From the human T2T-CHM13v2.0 reference genome, Homo sapiens: a stretch of DNA of 64,000 nucleotides. The translations under genes were made by a program, and so were the position numbers. The stretch is from the NCBI RefSeq assembly GCF_009914755.1, contig NC_060925.1. One strand, written 5' to 3'. The notes beneath the pieces were generated by a model. It was not told where the DNA came from, ran no database searches, and saw nothing but the letters and a program-made list of their open reading frames with translations. Position 1 is the first letter of the stretch. Each line of letters begins with the position of its first letter. Shown here piece after piece: positions 38,301-52,957 of the stretch.

Positions 38301-40831
38301 AACAGTGTGTCTGAGAGATGGATAACTTTCCTGCTGACCTGGGAAGGGAACTGAGGTGGGTGCAATCCTTTCCCCTGGTAAGACCTCAGTGTGACTCACT
38401 GAGAGCTCCTCCAGTCACCTGTCATGGCTAAGACCTCTGCTCACCATTGGGTATTACATTTACTCACATGCTGTAACCACACCTGTTCATACCCAGGGAC
38501 ACTTCTTCTACTGGCCTGAAGTTTGAACCATCAAACCAGTAAATAAAATACTGGGGAAAAATCATTTAAAACGTGAACACCATAGGGGAATGTGATAAGC
38601 CTTAAAAGACCTCTACTATTCCAACCCCATAGGAGACAGTGAACGTGTTCACACCCCAAGCATATTGGTACCACAAGCAGCATATAAGAAAGCCACATAC
38701 AAAAACTATTTCTAACCAAGGAACTCTTACAGAGCCTTCACCCCTGAAAGCATTAAATACCAAATTAGGATGTAGTTGACTTTAAGCATTAAAGTCACAT
38801 CCTTAAGGGGAAAAAAGAAATTAAAGAACAAACAAACAAACAAACAAAACACAGTCTAGTCAAGTATAAATTCAAGAGTAATTAGAAGAAATAATCTAAC
38901 TAAATGAAAAGGAACCAGAAAACTAACTCTGGTAATAGGACATAACAGGGTTCTATAACACCCCTGAAAGATAACACTAGCACTCCAGCAATGAATACAA
39001 ACCAAGATGAAATCTTTGAAATACCAGATAAGGAATACAGAAGGGCTATTATTAAGTTACCCAAGGAGATATCAGAGAAAGGTGAAAACCATAACAAAGA
39101 AATTTAAAAAGCAGTTCAGCATATAAATAAAAAATTTTCTAGAAAGTTAGATATCATCAAGAAAAAAATCAGAACTTCTGGAAATAAAAGACACACTTAG
39201 GAAATTACAAATTGCAGTGGAAAGTGTTAACAATAGACTAGAAGAAGTAGAAAAAAAAGAATTTCAGAGCTCGAGGCAAAGCTTTTGAATTAACCCAATC
39301 AGATAAAAAAAATCAAAAGAAATGAATAAAGTCTTCAAGAAACATGGGATTATGTAAAATGGCCAAACCTAAGGACAATTGGTGTTTCTGAGGGAGAAGA
39401 GAAAACAATGAGTCTGGAAAACTTACTTGAGGTGATAAGTTGAGGAAAATTTTCCTGGCCTGGCTAGAGATCTAGATATCCAAATCTAAGAAGCTCAAAA
39501 AACTCCTGGGAAATTCATTGCAAATAGATCTTCACCAAAGAATATAGTCATCAGGTTATATAAAGTAAACATGAAGGAAATAATTCTAAGAGCATTAAGA
39601 CAAAAGCATCAGCTAACCTGCCAAAGAAATCCTATCAGACTAACAGCTGACTTCTCAGTAGGCACTTTATAGGCAGAAGAGATTGAGGTCTTATCTTCAA
39701 CCTCCTTAAACAAAACAATGGTCAGCCAAGGATTTTGTATCCCATAAAACTAGATTTCATAAATGAAGGAGAAATAAAATCATGTTTAGACAAACAAAAG
39801 CTGCGGGAATTTGTCACTACCAAACCAGTACTACAAGAAATGCTAAAAGGAGTTCTAAACCTTGAAACAAAAGCTAGATATGCATCAGAATAGAACCTTT
39901 TGAAAGCTTAAAACATACAAGGCCCATGAAACAACAACACAATGAAAAAAAATCTAGGTGACAATTAACATGATGAAAAGAATAATCCCTGTCACATCTC
40001 AATATTAAAGTTGAATGTAAATGTTCTAAATGTTCCACTTATAAGATACAAAATGGCAGAATAGATAAAATCATCACAATCCAAATATCTGCTGTCTTCA
40101 TTAAAATGGAAACGAAAAGAGAATAGGAGTAGCTATTCTTGTATCAGACAAAACATACTTTAAAGGAACAACAATAAAAGACAAAGATGGTCACTATATA
40201 ATGATAAAAGGATCAGTCCAACATGAAGATATTACAAATCTAAATGTATATACACCTAACAGTAGAGCTCCCAGATTCATAAAACAATTACTACTAGACC
40301 TAAGAAATGAGAGAGGCAGCAACACGATAATAGTGGGAGACTTCAATATGCCACTGACTGCATTAGAAAGATCTTCAAGTCAGGCAGTCAACAGAGAAAC
40401 AATAGAGTTAAATGACAAACTAGAACAAATGGAATTAATACATTTTTACAGAACATTCTACTCAAGAACTGCAGAATATATATTCTTCTCATCAGCACAT
40501 GGAACATTCTCCAAGATAGACTATATTATAGACCACAAAATATCTCAAAAAATTTTTAAAAATCAAAATTATATCAAGTATCTTTTCAGACCACAGCAGA
40601 ATAAAACTAGAAATCAACTCCAAAAGGACCCCCCAAAACTATACAAAATACATAGAAATTAAATAATCTGCTCCTAAATGGTATCTGGGCTAACAATAAA
40701 ATCAAGATGGAAATTTAAAAATTCTTTGAATTGAATGATAATAACACAAATTATTGAAAGTTCTGAGACAGAGCAAAAGCACTATTAAGAGGAAAGTTTA
40801 TTGCACTAAAATGACTGTATCAAAAAGTCTG

Positions 40832-40952
40832 GGCTGTGCACAGTTACTCACATCTGTAATCCCAGCACTTTGGGATGCTGATGTGGGCAGATTGCCCTGA
40901 ACTCAGGAGTCTGAGACCAGCCTGGGCAACATGACAAAACCCCATCTGTACC

Positions 40953-40983
<31 letters not shown>

Positions 40984-41160
40984 TATTTGGGCATGGTAGC
41001 ATGTGCCTGTAGTCCCAGCTACTTGGGTGGCTGAGGTGGCAGAATCTCTTGAACGTGAGAGGTGGAGGTTGCAGTGAACCGAGATTGCACCACTGTATTC
41101 TAGTCTGACAACAGAGTGAGAATCTGTCTCAGTAATAAATACATAGATAAAAATAAATTA
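40832..41160 (+). mobile_element. Alu (AluJb/S-like) in the host L1 ORF2
   Basis: Dimeric Alu; the host sequence aagtctg/atgtctg resumes on both sides. Confidence 0.9.
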
Positions 41161-41287
41161 CTCTTTGTTTAAAACTAATGTCTGAGAGAGAATACAATTG
41201 ACAACCTAATGTCACACCTCAAGGAAGCAGAGCTATCAGAACAAACTAAACCCAAAGCTAGAAGAAGAAGAGCAATAACAAAGATCA

Positions 41288-44200
41288 CTAATGCAGGGAG
41301 GGGCCAAGATGGCTGATAGACACAGCTGTGATCTATGGCACTCACAGAGAGGAATAAAAAGGGCAAGTGAATACAGCACCTCCAACTGAAATATGCAAGT
41401 TCTCGCATTGAGACTGATTAGGGAAACAACTTGAACCACAGGGAATGAAGAAAAGCAAGGTGGAACGATGACCCACCTGAGAGTGACACACAACAAAGGG
41501 AACCTCACTCCCAGCCAAGAAAAGCAGTGAGTAATTGTGGGACCCAAGGAAACCATGCTTCTTTCATAGGTCTTTGGAACTTGCAGATCAGGGGATCCTT
41601 CTGTGAACCCGTGTCACCAGGGCCTTAGGTCCAACACACAGAGCTCTGTGGAGTCTTGGCAGAGCAGGTGCTCAGGCATGCACAGACCCAGGAGGTTTAC
41701 ATACTTCAGCCACGGGATTCCCAGCAAATGCATCTGCAACTCAGAAAAGGTGAGAGGTCCACATATTCCCCTAGGAAGGGGGCAGAATACAAAGAGTCAG
41801 CAAGCATTGTTCTGTGGGCCCCACTTACACAGCACCTCACAATTTAAGACCCACTGGCTTGGAATTCCAACCAGCCACTGGCCACAGGATGGAGTCTGTC
41901 TGAGACAGCACAGAGCCCTTGGGGTAAGGGGCATGTGCCATCTCTGCTGTTTAGTCAACTCAGCCATTCCAGCCTGTGAGCTTTGGAGCATCCAAAGGGT
42001 CCAGATGAGTAAGGGTCCCTACAGCACCACAGGACAGTGGCTTTGCCAAATTATGGCCAGACTGCTTCTTTAAGCCAGCCGTCAATCCATTTCTCCTCAC
42101 TGGGCAGGACCTCCAAGGCAGGTCATCCAGCCATGCCCACCTGCAGAGCTCTGATCTTTGCCTGGGACAGAATGCCTGGGGGAGGAGGGAGCTGCCACCT
42201 GGGCTGGTTGGACAACTCTGCTTTTCCAGCCTATGGCCTTTGGAGAGTCCAAGCTGACAGGGGCACAGATGGTTCTCCACCACAACACAGCTGTTTTGTC
42301 AAGGCATAGCCAGACTGCTTCTTAAAGCTGGGCCCTGATCCACTCCTCCTCGCAGGGTACATCCTCCCAACTGGGTCTTCCCAGCTGGGGCTTCCAGCCA
42401 CCCCCACTCATGTTCTATGAAGCTGAAAAAGCTCTAATTTCTCCCTAGGATGTAATGCCTGAGGGGCAGGGTAAGCTGCCACGTTGGCCTTTTTGGGCTT
42501 CTCAGCCAGTCCAGCCTATGGGTCTTGGAGAACCCAAACTAATTGGGGACTGAGAGGATCCTCAACACAACATAGCTGCTCTACCAAAAAGCAGCCAGAC
42601 TGCTTCTTTAAGTGAGTCCCTAAGCCTGTTTCTCCTGACTGGGTGAGACTTCCCAACCTGGGTCTCCAGCCACCTTCTACAGGCACATTCAGGCCAGCAA
42701 TAGTCAGCTCCCTCCAGAACCAAGCTTCCAGAGGAAGGGGTAAGCTACCACCTTTGTTGTTTTGCAGACTTCATTGGTGATACCTCCAGATATGGGCAAA
42801 ACTGAGGCAACTAGGGTCTGTAGTGGACCCCTAGCAAACTGCAGCAGTCCTATGGAAGAGAGGCCAGGCTGTTAAAAGAAAAACAAACAGAAAACAACAA
42901 CAACAAAACCCACAAAAATCCCATCCAAAGGTCAGCAACTTAAAGATTGAAGGTAGATAAGCCCACAAAGATGAGAAAGAATCACCAAAAAAAAGATAAA
43001 AACTCTAAAAACCAGAGTGCCCCTTTTCCTCCAAATGACCATAACACATCTACAGCAAGGGCTCAGAAGTGAGCTGGGGTAGAGATGGCTGAAATGACAG
43101 AAGTAGGCTTCAGAATGTGGGCAATAATGAAATTCACTGAGCTAAAGGAGCGTGTTGCAACCCAATGCAAAGAAGCTAAGAATCATGATAAAACAATATA
43201 GAAGCTGACAGCAAAAATAGCCAGTTTAGAGAAGAATGTAACTGACCTGTTAGAGTTGAAAAACACACTACAAGAACTTCACAATGAAATCACCAGTATT
43301 AATAGCAGAAAGGACCAAGTAGAGAAAAGAATCTCGGAGCTTGAAGACTATCTTTCTGAAATAAGACAGGCAGACAAGAATAGAGAAAAATATGAAAATG
43401 AAAGAACAAAACCTCTGAGAAATATAAGATTATATAAGGAGACTGAATGTCTGATGGATTGGAGTACCTGAAAGAGATGGGAAGAATGGAACCAAGTTGG
43501 AAAATATACTTCAGGATATCATCCAGGAGAACTTACCCAACCTAGTAAATTAGGCCAACATTCAAATTCAGGAAATGCAGAGAATCCCATAAGATACTCC
43601 ATGAAAGGATCATTCCCAAGACACATCAGCATCAGATTCTCCAAGGTTGAAATGAAAAAAAAAAAAAAAGTTAAAAGCAGCCAGAGAGAAAGGCCAGGTC
43701 ACCTAAAAAGAGAAGCCCTTAAGATTAACAGTGGATCTCTCAGTGGAAACCCTACAAGCCAAAAGAGACTGGGGGCCAATATTCAACAATGTTAAAGGAA
43801 AGAATGTCCAAGCCAGAATTTCATTTCTGGCCAAACTAAACTTCATAAGTGAAGGAGAAATATCCTTTTCATACAAGCAAATGCTGAGGAAATTTGCTAC
43901 CACCAGACCTGTGTTGCAAGAGCTCCTGAAGGAAGCACTAAATATGAAAAGGAATAACCATTATCAGCCACTCCAAAAACACACTAAAGTACTCAGATCA
44001 ATGATGCTATAAAGAAACTGCATAACTAGTATGCAAAATAACCAGATGGGATCATGATGACAGGATCAAACCCACACATAATAATGCAATCCTAAATGTA
44101 AACAGGCTAAATTTCCCAATTAAAAGACACACAGTGGCAAGCTGGATAAAGAAACAAGACCCATTGGTATGATGTCTTCAAGAAACCCATCTTACATGCA

Positions 44201-47200
44201 AAGACATACATAGGCTCAAAATAAAGGGATGGAGGAAAATTTACCAAGCAAATAGAAGACAGAAAGAAGCAGAAAGGCAGGGTTGCCATCATAATTTCTG
44301 ACAAAACAGACTTTAAACCAACAAGGATCAAAAAAGACAAAGAAGGGCACTACATAATAGTAAAGGGTTCAATTCAGCAAGAAGAACTAACTATCCTAAA
44401 TATATATGCACCCAATAGAGGAGCACCCAGATTCATAAAGCAAGTTCATAAAGACCTACAAAGAGAATTAGCCTCCCATACAATAATAGTGGGAGATTTT
44501 AACACCCGATTGATAATGTTATATGTATCATAAAGACAGATAATTAACAAAGATATTAAGGACCTAAACTCAGCTTTGGATCAAGTTGACCTAATAGATA
44601 CCTACAGAACTCTCCACCCAAAAACAACTAAATATACATTCTTCTAATTGCCATACAGCACTCACTCTAAAATTGATCACATAGTCGAAAGTAAAACACT
44701 CCTCAGCAAATGCAAAAGAACTGAAATCATAAAAGTCTCAGACCACAGCAAAATTAAATTAGAACTCAAGATTAAGAAACTAACTGAAAACCACACAACA
44801 ACGTGAAAATTGAACAACCTGCTCCTGACTGACTCTTGGGTAAATAATGAAACTAAGGCAGAAATTAAGAAGTTCATTGAAACTAATGAGAACACAGATA
44901 CAATGTCCCAGAATAACTGGGATGCAGCTAAAGCAGTGTTAAGAGAAAAATTTATAGCACTAAATACCCACAATAAACAATAGAATAATTTCAAGTTAAG
45001 AACCTAACATCTCAACTAAAAGAACTAAAGAACCAAGAGCAAACAAACCCTAAAGCTAGCAGAAAACAAGAAATATCCAAGATCAGAGCAAACAGAAAAA
45101 GACTAAAACACCAAAAAAAACTTCAAAAAAATCAACAAATCCAGAAGGTGGCTTTTGGAAAAAAATAATAAAATAGATAGACCGCTGGCTAGACTAATAA
45201 ATAAGAAATGGGAGAAGATTCAAATAAACACATTCAGAAATGATAAGGGGACTATTTCCACTGACCCCATAGAAATGCAAGCAACCATCAGAGAATACTA
45301 AAAATCCTCTATGCACAAAAACTACAAAATCTGAAAGAAATGGATACATTCCTGAGCACATACACCCTCCTGAGACTGAACCAGAAAGAAATTGAATCCC
45401 AAAATAGACCAGGAACAAGTTCAAAAATTGAGGCAGTAATAAACAGCCTACCAAGAAAAAAAAAATACCCAGGACAAGAAGAGACTCCTTTCTAATTCAT
45501 TTTATGAGGTCAGTATCATCCTGATACCAAAACTTGGCAGAGATACTACAAAAACAGAAAACTTCAGACTAGTATCCTTGATTAACATCGATGCAAAAAT
45601 CCTCAATAAAATACTGGCAAACCAAATCCAGCAGACATAAAAAAAACTTATCCACCATGATCAAATTGGATTCATTACTAAGATGCAAGGCTGCTTCAAC
45701 ATATGCAAATCAATAAACTTAATTCATCACATAAACAGAACAAAAGACAAAAAAACACATGATTATCTTAACAGATGCAGAAAAGGCCTTTGATAAAATT
45801 CAACATCCCTTCATGTTAAAAACTCTCAATAAACTAGGTATTGAAGGAACATACCTCAAAATAATAAGAGCCCTCTATGTGAAACCCACAGCCAATATCA
45901 TACTGAAAGGGCAAAAGCTGGATGCATTCACCTTGAAAACCGGCATAAGACAAGAATGCCCTCTTTCATTACTCCTATTCAACACAGTATTGGAAGTTCT
46001 GGCCAGAGCAATCAGGCAAGAGAAATAAATAAAGCATATTTAAATAAAAAGAGAGGAGGTCAAACTGCATTTTTATTCAAAAACAACAGGCAAGCTGAGA
46101 GCCAAATCATGAATGAATTCCCGTTCACAATTGCTACAAAAAGAATTAAATACCAGGGAATATAGCTAACAATAGAATGAAGAACGTCTTCAAGGAGAAC
46201 TACAAACCACTGCTCACAGAGATCAGAGATGACACAAACAAATGGAAAAACATTCCATGCTCATAGATAAGAATAATCAGTATTGTGAAAATGGCCTTAC
46301 TGCCCAAGGTAATTTATAGATTCAATGCTACTCCCATTAAACTACCATTCACATTCTTCACAGAATTAGAAAAATCTATTTTAAAATTCATATGGAACCA
46401 GAAAAGAGCCCAAATAGCCAAGATGATCCTAAGGAAAAAGAACAAATTTGGATGCATCATGTTACCTGACTTCAAACCATACTACAAGGCTACAGTAACC
46501 AAAACAGCATGGTACTGGTACAAGAACAGACACATAGACCAAAGGAACAGCATAAAGAACCCAGAAATAAGATGGCACACTTATAACGATCTAATCTTCA
46601 ACAAACCTGACAAATACAAGCAATGGGAAAAGCAATTCCTTTTTAATAAATGGTGCTAGGAGAACTGGCTAGCCATATGCAGAAAACTGAAACTGGATCC
46701 TTTCCTTACACCATATTAAAATAAATGAACTGAAATGAATTAAAGACTTAAATGTAAAAGCCAAAAATATGAAAACTCTAGAAGAAAATCTAGGTAACAC
46801 CATTCAGGACACAGGCATAGGCAAAGATTTTATGATGGAAGCATCAAAAGCAATTGCAACAAAAGCAAAAATTGACAAATGGGATCTAATTAAACTGAAG
46901 AGCTTCTGTACAGCAAAATAAATTATCAGAGCAAACAGACACCTACAAAAGAAAGAGAAAACTTTTGCAATCTATCCATTTAACAAAGGTCTAATATTCC
47001 AGAATCTACAAATTTACAAGAAACAAAACAAACAACCCCTTGAAAAGAGGGCAAGTGACATGAATAGAGATTTCTTAAAAGAAGACATTTATGTGCCCCA
47101 AAACATATGAAAAAAAATCTCAGCATCATTGATAATTAGAGAAATGTGAATCAAAACCACAATGAGAGACCCTCTCACACCAGTCAGAATGGCCATTACT

Positions 47201-47916
47201 AAAAAGTCAAAAAACAACAGATGCTGGCAAGGTTGTGGAGAAAAGTGATCACTTATGTTCTATTGGTGAGAGTATAAATTAGTTCAACCATTGTGGAAGA
47301 CAGTGCGGTGATTCCTCAAAGACCTAGAGGCAGAAATATCATTTGACCCAGCAATCCCATTACTGGGTATATACTCAAACGAATATGAATCATTCTATTA
47401 TAAAGATGCATGCACATATATGTTCCTTGCATCATGATTCACAATGGCAAAGACACAGAATCAACCTAAATGCCCACCAATCATAGGCTGGATAAAGAAA
47501 ATGTGGTACATACACACCACGAAATACTATGCAGCCATAAAGTGGAATGAGATTATGTGTTTTGCAGGGACATGGATGGAGCTGGAAGCCATTACCCTCA
47601 ACAAGCTAAAGCAGGAACAGAAAACCAAATACCGCATGTTCTCACTTATAAGTGGGAGCTGAATGATGAAAACACGTGGACACACTGTGGTGGAACAATA
47701 CACACTGGGGCCTGATGAAGAGTGGGTGGCGGGAGGAGGGAGAGCATCAGGAAGAATAGCTAATGGATGCTGGGCTTAATACCTAGGTGATGAGATGATC
47801 TGTGCAGCAAACCACTATAGCACACATTTACCCAGGTGACAAACCTGCACATCCTGCACATGTACCTCTGAACTTAAAATAAAAGTTGGAAATCATAAAA
47901 AAAGGAAAAGACAGGA
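41288..47916 (+). mobile_element. Full-length mid-age L1PA (about PA12-PA14/PREC2-like), dead
   Basis: 5' gggaggggccaagatgg; ORF1 and ORF2 remnants; 3'UTR ggaagaatagctaatggatgctgggcttaatacc; 14-bp TSD aataacaaagatca at 41274-41287 and 47917-47930. Confidence 0.9.
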
Positions 47917-48346
47917 AATAACAAAGATCAGAGCAGAAATAAGTGAAATTCAGAAAAAAATACAAAAGATCAATGAAACAAAAAAGTTCGTTCTGTGAAA
48001 AAATGAACAAAATAGATAAACCATTAGCTAGATTAACCAAGAAGACAGAAGATCCAAAAATCTAAATTAGAAACAAAACTGGAGACATTACAACTAACAC
48101 CACAGAAATACAAAAGATAATTCAAGACTACTACGAACAACTTTATGTGCACAAACTAGAAAACCCAGAAAAAAAAAAGGGTAAATTTCTAGAAACATAC
48201 AACCTTCCTAGATTAAATAAGGCAGAAATAGAAACCAATATCATCCTGAACCAAGAATGGATTATCCTGATACCAAAACAGTATCATCCTGATATCAAAA
48301 CCAAGAACAAAAAATACCAAGGACACAATACAAAAAGAAAACTACA

Positions 48347-49723
48347 TGGTACTGTTACCAAAACAGAGATATAGACCAATGGAGCAGAACAGAGGTCTCA
48401 GAAATAACACCACACATCTACAACCATCTGATCTTTGAAAAACCTGACAAAAACAAGAAATGGGGAAAGGATTCCGTATTTAATAAATGGTGCTGGGAAA
48501 ACTGGCTAGCCATATGTAGAAAGCTGAAACTGGATCCCTTCCTTACACCTTATACAAAAATTAATTCAAGGTGGATTAAAGACTTAAATGTTAGACCTGA
48601 AACCATAAAAACCCTAGAAGAAAACCTAGGCAATACCATGGAGGACATAGGCATGGGCAAGGACTTCATGATGAAAACACCAAAAGCAATGGCAACAAAA
48701 GCCAAAATTGACAAATGGGATCTAATTAAACTAAAGAGCTACTGCACAGCAAAAGAAACTACCATCAGAGTGAACAGGCAACCTACAGAATGGGAGAAAA
48801 TTGTTGCAATCTACTCATCTGACAAAGGGCTAATACCCAGGATCTACAATGAACTCAAACAAATTTATAAGAAAAAAACAAACAACCCCATCAACAAGTG
48901 GGTGAAGGACATGAACAGACACTTCTCAAGAGAAGATATTTATGCAGCCAAAAGACACATGAAAAAATGCTCATCATCACTGGCCATCAGAGAAATGCAA
49001 ATCAAAACCGTAATGAGATACCATCACACACCAGTTAGAACGGCGATCCTTAAAACGTCAGGAAACAACAGGTGCTGGAGAGGACGTGGAGAAATAGGAA
49101 CACTTTCACACTGTTGGTGGGACTGTAAACTAGTTCAACCATTGTGGAAGTCAGTGTAGCGATTCCTCAGGGATCTAGAACTAGAAATACCATTTGACCC
49201 AGCCATCCCATTACTGGGTATATACCCAAAGGATTATAAAACATGCTGCTATAATGACACATGCACACGTATGTTTATTGTGGCACTATTCACAATAACA
49301 AAGACTTGGAACCAACCCAAATGTCCGAGAATGATAGACTGGATTAAGAAAATGTGGCACATATACACCATGGAATACTATGCAGCCATAAGAAATGATG
49401 AGTTCATGTCCCATGTAGGGACATGGATGAAGCTGGAAACCATCATTCTCAGCAAACTATCACAAGGACAAAAAACCAAACACCGCATGTTCTCACTCGT
49501 AGGTGGGAATCGAACAATGAGAACACATGGACACAGGAAGGGGAACATCACATACCGGGGCCTGTTGTGGGGTGAGGGGAGTGGGGAGGGATAGCATTAG
49601 GAGATATACCTAATGTTAAATGATGAGTTGATGGGTGTAGCACACCAACATGGCACATGTATACATATGTAACAAACCTGCACATTGTGCACATGTACCC
49701 TAAAACTTAAAGTATAAAAAAGA
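48347..49723 (+). mobile_element. 5'-truncated L1PA (about PA4-PA5)
   Basis: Well-preserved ORF2 C-terminus (48638-49159); 15-bp TSD aaaaagaaaactaca at 48332-48346 and 49724-49738. Confidence 0.93.
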
Positions 49724-52707
49724 AAAAAGAAAACTACAGATCAATTTCCATGATGAACATAGACGCAAAAAAATCCTCAACAATATATTAGCTAACTAAA
49801 TCCAACAGCACATCAAAAAAGTTATCATAGTCCAATGGGTTTCATCCCAGGGATGCAGGGATGGTTTAACATATGCAAATCGATAAACGTGACACATTAT
49901 ATAAACAGAATTAAAAACAAAGTCCATATGATGATCTCAATAGATGCAGTAAAAGCATTTGACAAAATCTAGCATTGCTTTATTATAACAACTCTCAACA
50001 AACTAGTCATAGAAATGACCTACTTCAAAACAATAAAAGCCCTATATGACAGACCCACAGCCAACATTTTACTGAATGGGGAAAAGTTGAAAGCATTATC
50101 TCTGAGAACAGGACCAAGACAAAGACGTCATTTACATCACTCCTATTCAACACAGTTCTGGAAGTCCCAGCCAGAGAAATTAGGCAAGAGAAAAAAATAA
50201 AAGGCATCCAAATTGGAAAAGAAGGAGTCAAGCTATTGCTCTTTGCAAATGATATGACTGTATACTGAGAAAATCCTGAAGACTCCTCCAAAAAATTCCT
50301 AGATTTCACAAATTCAGTCAAATCTCAGATTAAAAATCAATGTACACAAATCAGTAGCACTGCTATACACTAATAATGACCAAGCTGAGAAACAAATCAA
50401 GAACTCAATACCTTTTGCAAAGCTGCAAACAACAACAAGAACAACAACAAAAAATCAAACAAACAAACAAAAAAAAACCTAAGAATATTTTTAACCAAGG
50501 AGGTGAAAGATATCTACAAGGAGAACTACAGAACGCTGCTAAAATTATAAATGACACAAACAAATGGAAACACATTCCATGCTCATGGGTTGGAAGACTC
50601 AATATTGTGAAAATGACCATACTAACCAAAGCAATCTACAGATTCAATGTCATTTCCATCCAAATAGCAACAGGATTTTTCATAGGATAACGAAAAACCA
50701 ATCCTAAAGTTCATATGGAACCAAAAAAAGGAGCCTAAATAACCAAAGCAATCCTAAGCAAAAATAACAAATCTGGAGGCATCACATTATCAGACTTCAG
50801 ATTATACTACAAGGCTATCATTAGCAAAACAGCATAGTACTAGTATAAAAGTAGGCATATAGACCAAAGGAACATCATAGAGAACTCATAAATAAAGCTA
50901 AATATGTGCGGCCAACTGATCTACAACAAAGCACACAAAAACATAAATTGGGAAATGGACACCCTATTTAATAAGTAGTGCTTGGAAAACTGGCAAACCA
51001 CATGCAAAAGAATAAAACTGGATCCCTATCTCTCACTGTATACAAAAATCAACTCAAGATGGATAAAAGACTTAAATATAAGACCTGAAACTATAAAATT
51101 TCTAGAAGACAACAAAAATTGGAAAATCTTTTTTAGATATTGGCCTAGACAAAGAATTTATGACTAAAACCCCAAAAAGCAAACACAACAAAAACAAAAA
51201 TAAATAAATGAGACCTAATTAAACTCGAAAGCTTCTGCACAGCAAAAGAAATAATAATCAAACAGACATCACACAGAATGTGAGAAAATATTTGCAAACT
51301 GTGCTTCTGACAAAGGACTAGTATCCAGAATTCATAGAGAACTCAAAGAAATCAGCAAGAAAAAAAAAAACAAATAATTTCATCAAAAAGTGAGCAAAAC
51401 ACCTGAACAGACATTTTCCAAAAGAAGATATACAAATTGCCAATAAACATGAAAAAAATGCTCAATATCACTAATTATCATGGAACTGCAAATTAAAACC
51501 ACAATGAGATACTACCTTCCTGCACAAACAGCCATTACTAAAAAGTCAAAGAAAACAATAGATGATGGCATGGATGTGGGGAAAGGGGAACACTTACACA
51601 TTGCTGGTGGAAATGTAAATTAGTACCACCTCAATGGAAAAATGTATGGAGATTCTTTAAAGAGCTAAAGGTAGATCTTTCATTTGATCCAGCAATTTCA
51701 CTACTGGGTATCTACTCAAAGGAAAATAAGTCATTATATGAAAAAGACACGTGTACACGCATGTTTATAACAGCATGATTGCAAATTGTAAAGATGTGGA
51801 ACCAACTGAAGTGCCTATCAACTAATGAGTGGATAAAGAAAATGTTGTATATATACACCATGGAAAACTACTCAGCTATTAAAAAGGACAAAGTAATATC
51901 TTTTTCAGTTACTTGGATGGAGCTGGAGGCCATTAATCCAAGTGAAGTAACACAGGAGAGGAAGATCAAAAACCGTATGTTCTCATTTATAAGTGGGAGC
52001 TAATCTATGAGTATGCAAAAACATACAGAGTGATAAATGGACTTTAGAGATTCAGAAGGGGGAGGGTCATGGGGAGAGAGGAATGAAACATTACACATTA
52101 GGTAAAACGTACACTACTCAGGTGCACTAAAATCTCAGAATTCACCAGTATATAATTAATATATGTAACAAAAACTACTTGTACCCCAACAGCTGTTGAA
52201 ATAAAAAATTTAAAAAAAGAAACTGAGACAAGACATAAGCAAAATTATTGCAGGCAGCAGGAAAGAGAACATGTTATAAAGGGACAAAGGATAGAAGAGA
52301 TATGGTGGTAAGTAGAGAGTCACTATATTTCAGCCATTTAAAAAAATTCTTCATGGGGCTATTAAATAAGAAATATAGAAGTGTCATGGAATGTCAACTG
52401 TTTTTTGCCTTCATATAAAAAATAGTTGAAAATTTTTTCTTTCCAAGTTTTTATCCACACTCCAACTGAGAAATGTCATACTTAGAAAATATATTTCAGC
52501 TATATGCAATTTAATACTTCCAGGTATTCTTGCATCAACATCATCCCTAGGGGAAATACAGGCACTAACCACAATTCCTTTTTTTTCTAATGCACTTGGG
52601 AATTATTTCCTATCGTCATGGCTGTGAGGTGGACCTTTATTATCTTGTCCCCATGTATTCCTTAAGAAAACTTTCATTGCCATTCAATATTGAAGCAACA
52701 GGTTAAG

Positions 52708-52825
52708 TTGAGGTCTCGCTATGTTGTCCAGAATGGTCTCAAACTCCTGGTCTCAAGCAATCATCTCATCTCGCCTTGGCTTCCCAAAGTGCTGGAATTA
52801 CAGGCATGAGCCACTGTGCCCAGCC
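52708..52825 (-). mobile_element. Alu left monomer/FLAM fragment
   Basis: ggcttcccaaagtgctggaattacaggcatgagccactgtgcccagcc. Confidence 0.85.
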
Positions 52826-52957
52826 ATGAAACACCAGTTTTGAAATATCGGTATTAGTCAGTTTGTTCTCTCTCTTTTTACTCACTCCTCCACTTAAGAG
52901 TAATTATTAGATTATTAAATTAAAGAGAATCTGAGCTTTTTTGCTGCAAGTTCTTAC

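Larger units (their letters stand above)
36287..52217 (+). mobile_element. Full-length L1PB-like host element (5'UTR about 36305-38900, ORF1 about 38903-39893, ORF2 from about 39970) carrying three nested insertions
   Basis: L1PB-type 5' and 3' ends; EN motifs (LNVYTPN, IIVGDFNMPL, HGTFSKIDY); [11 protein letters not shown] near 50240; TSD agaaactga at 36278-36286 and 52218-52226. Confidence 0.85.

Noticed and set aside
48638-49594. 173-aa and 107-aa ORFs as genes
   Set aside because: They are ORF2 C-terminal fragments of a 5'-truncated L1PA separated by a stop. The same applies to 40201-40662, 46285-46659 and 56935-57453.
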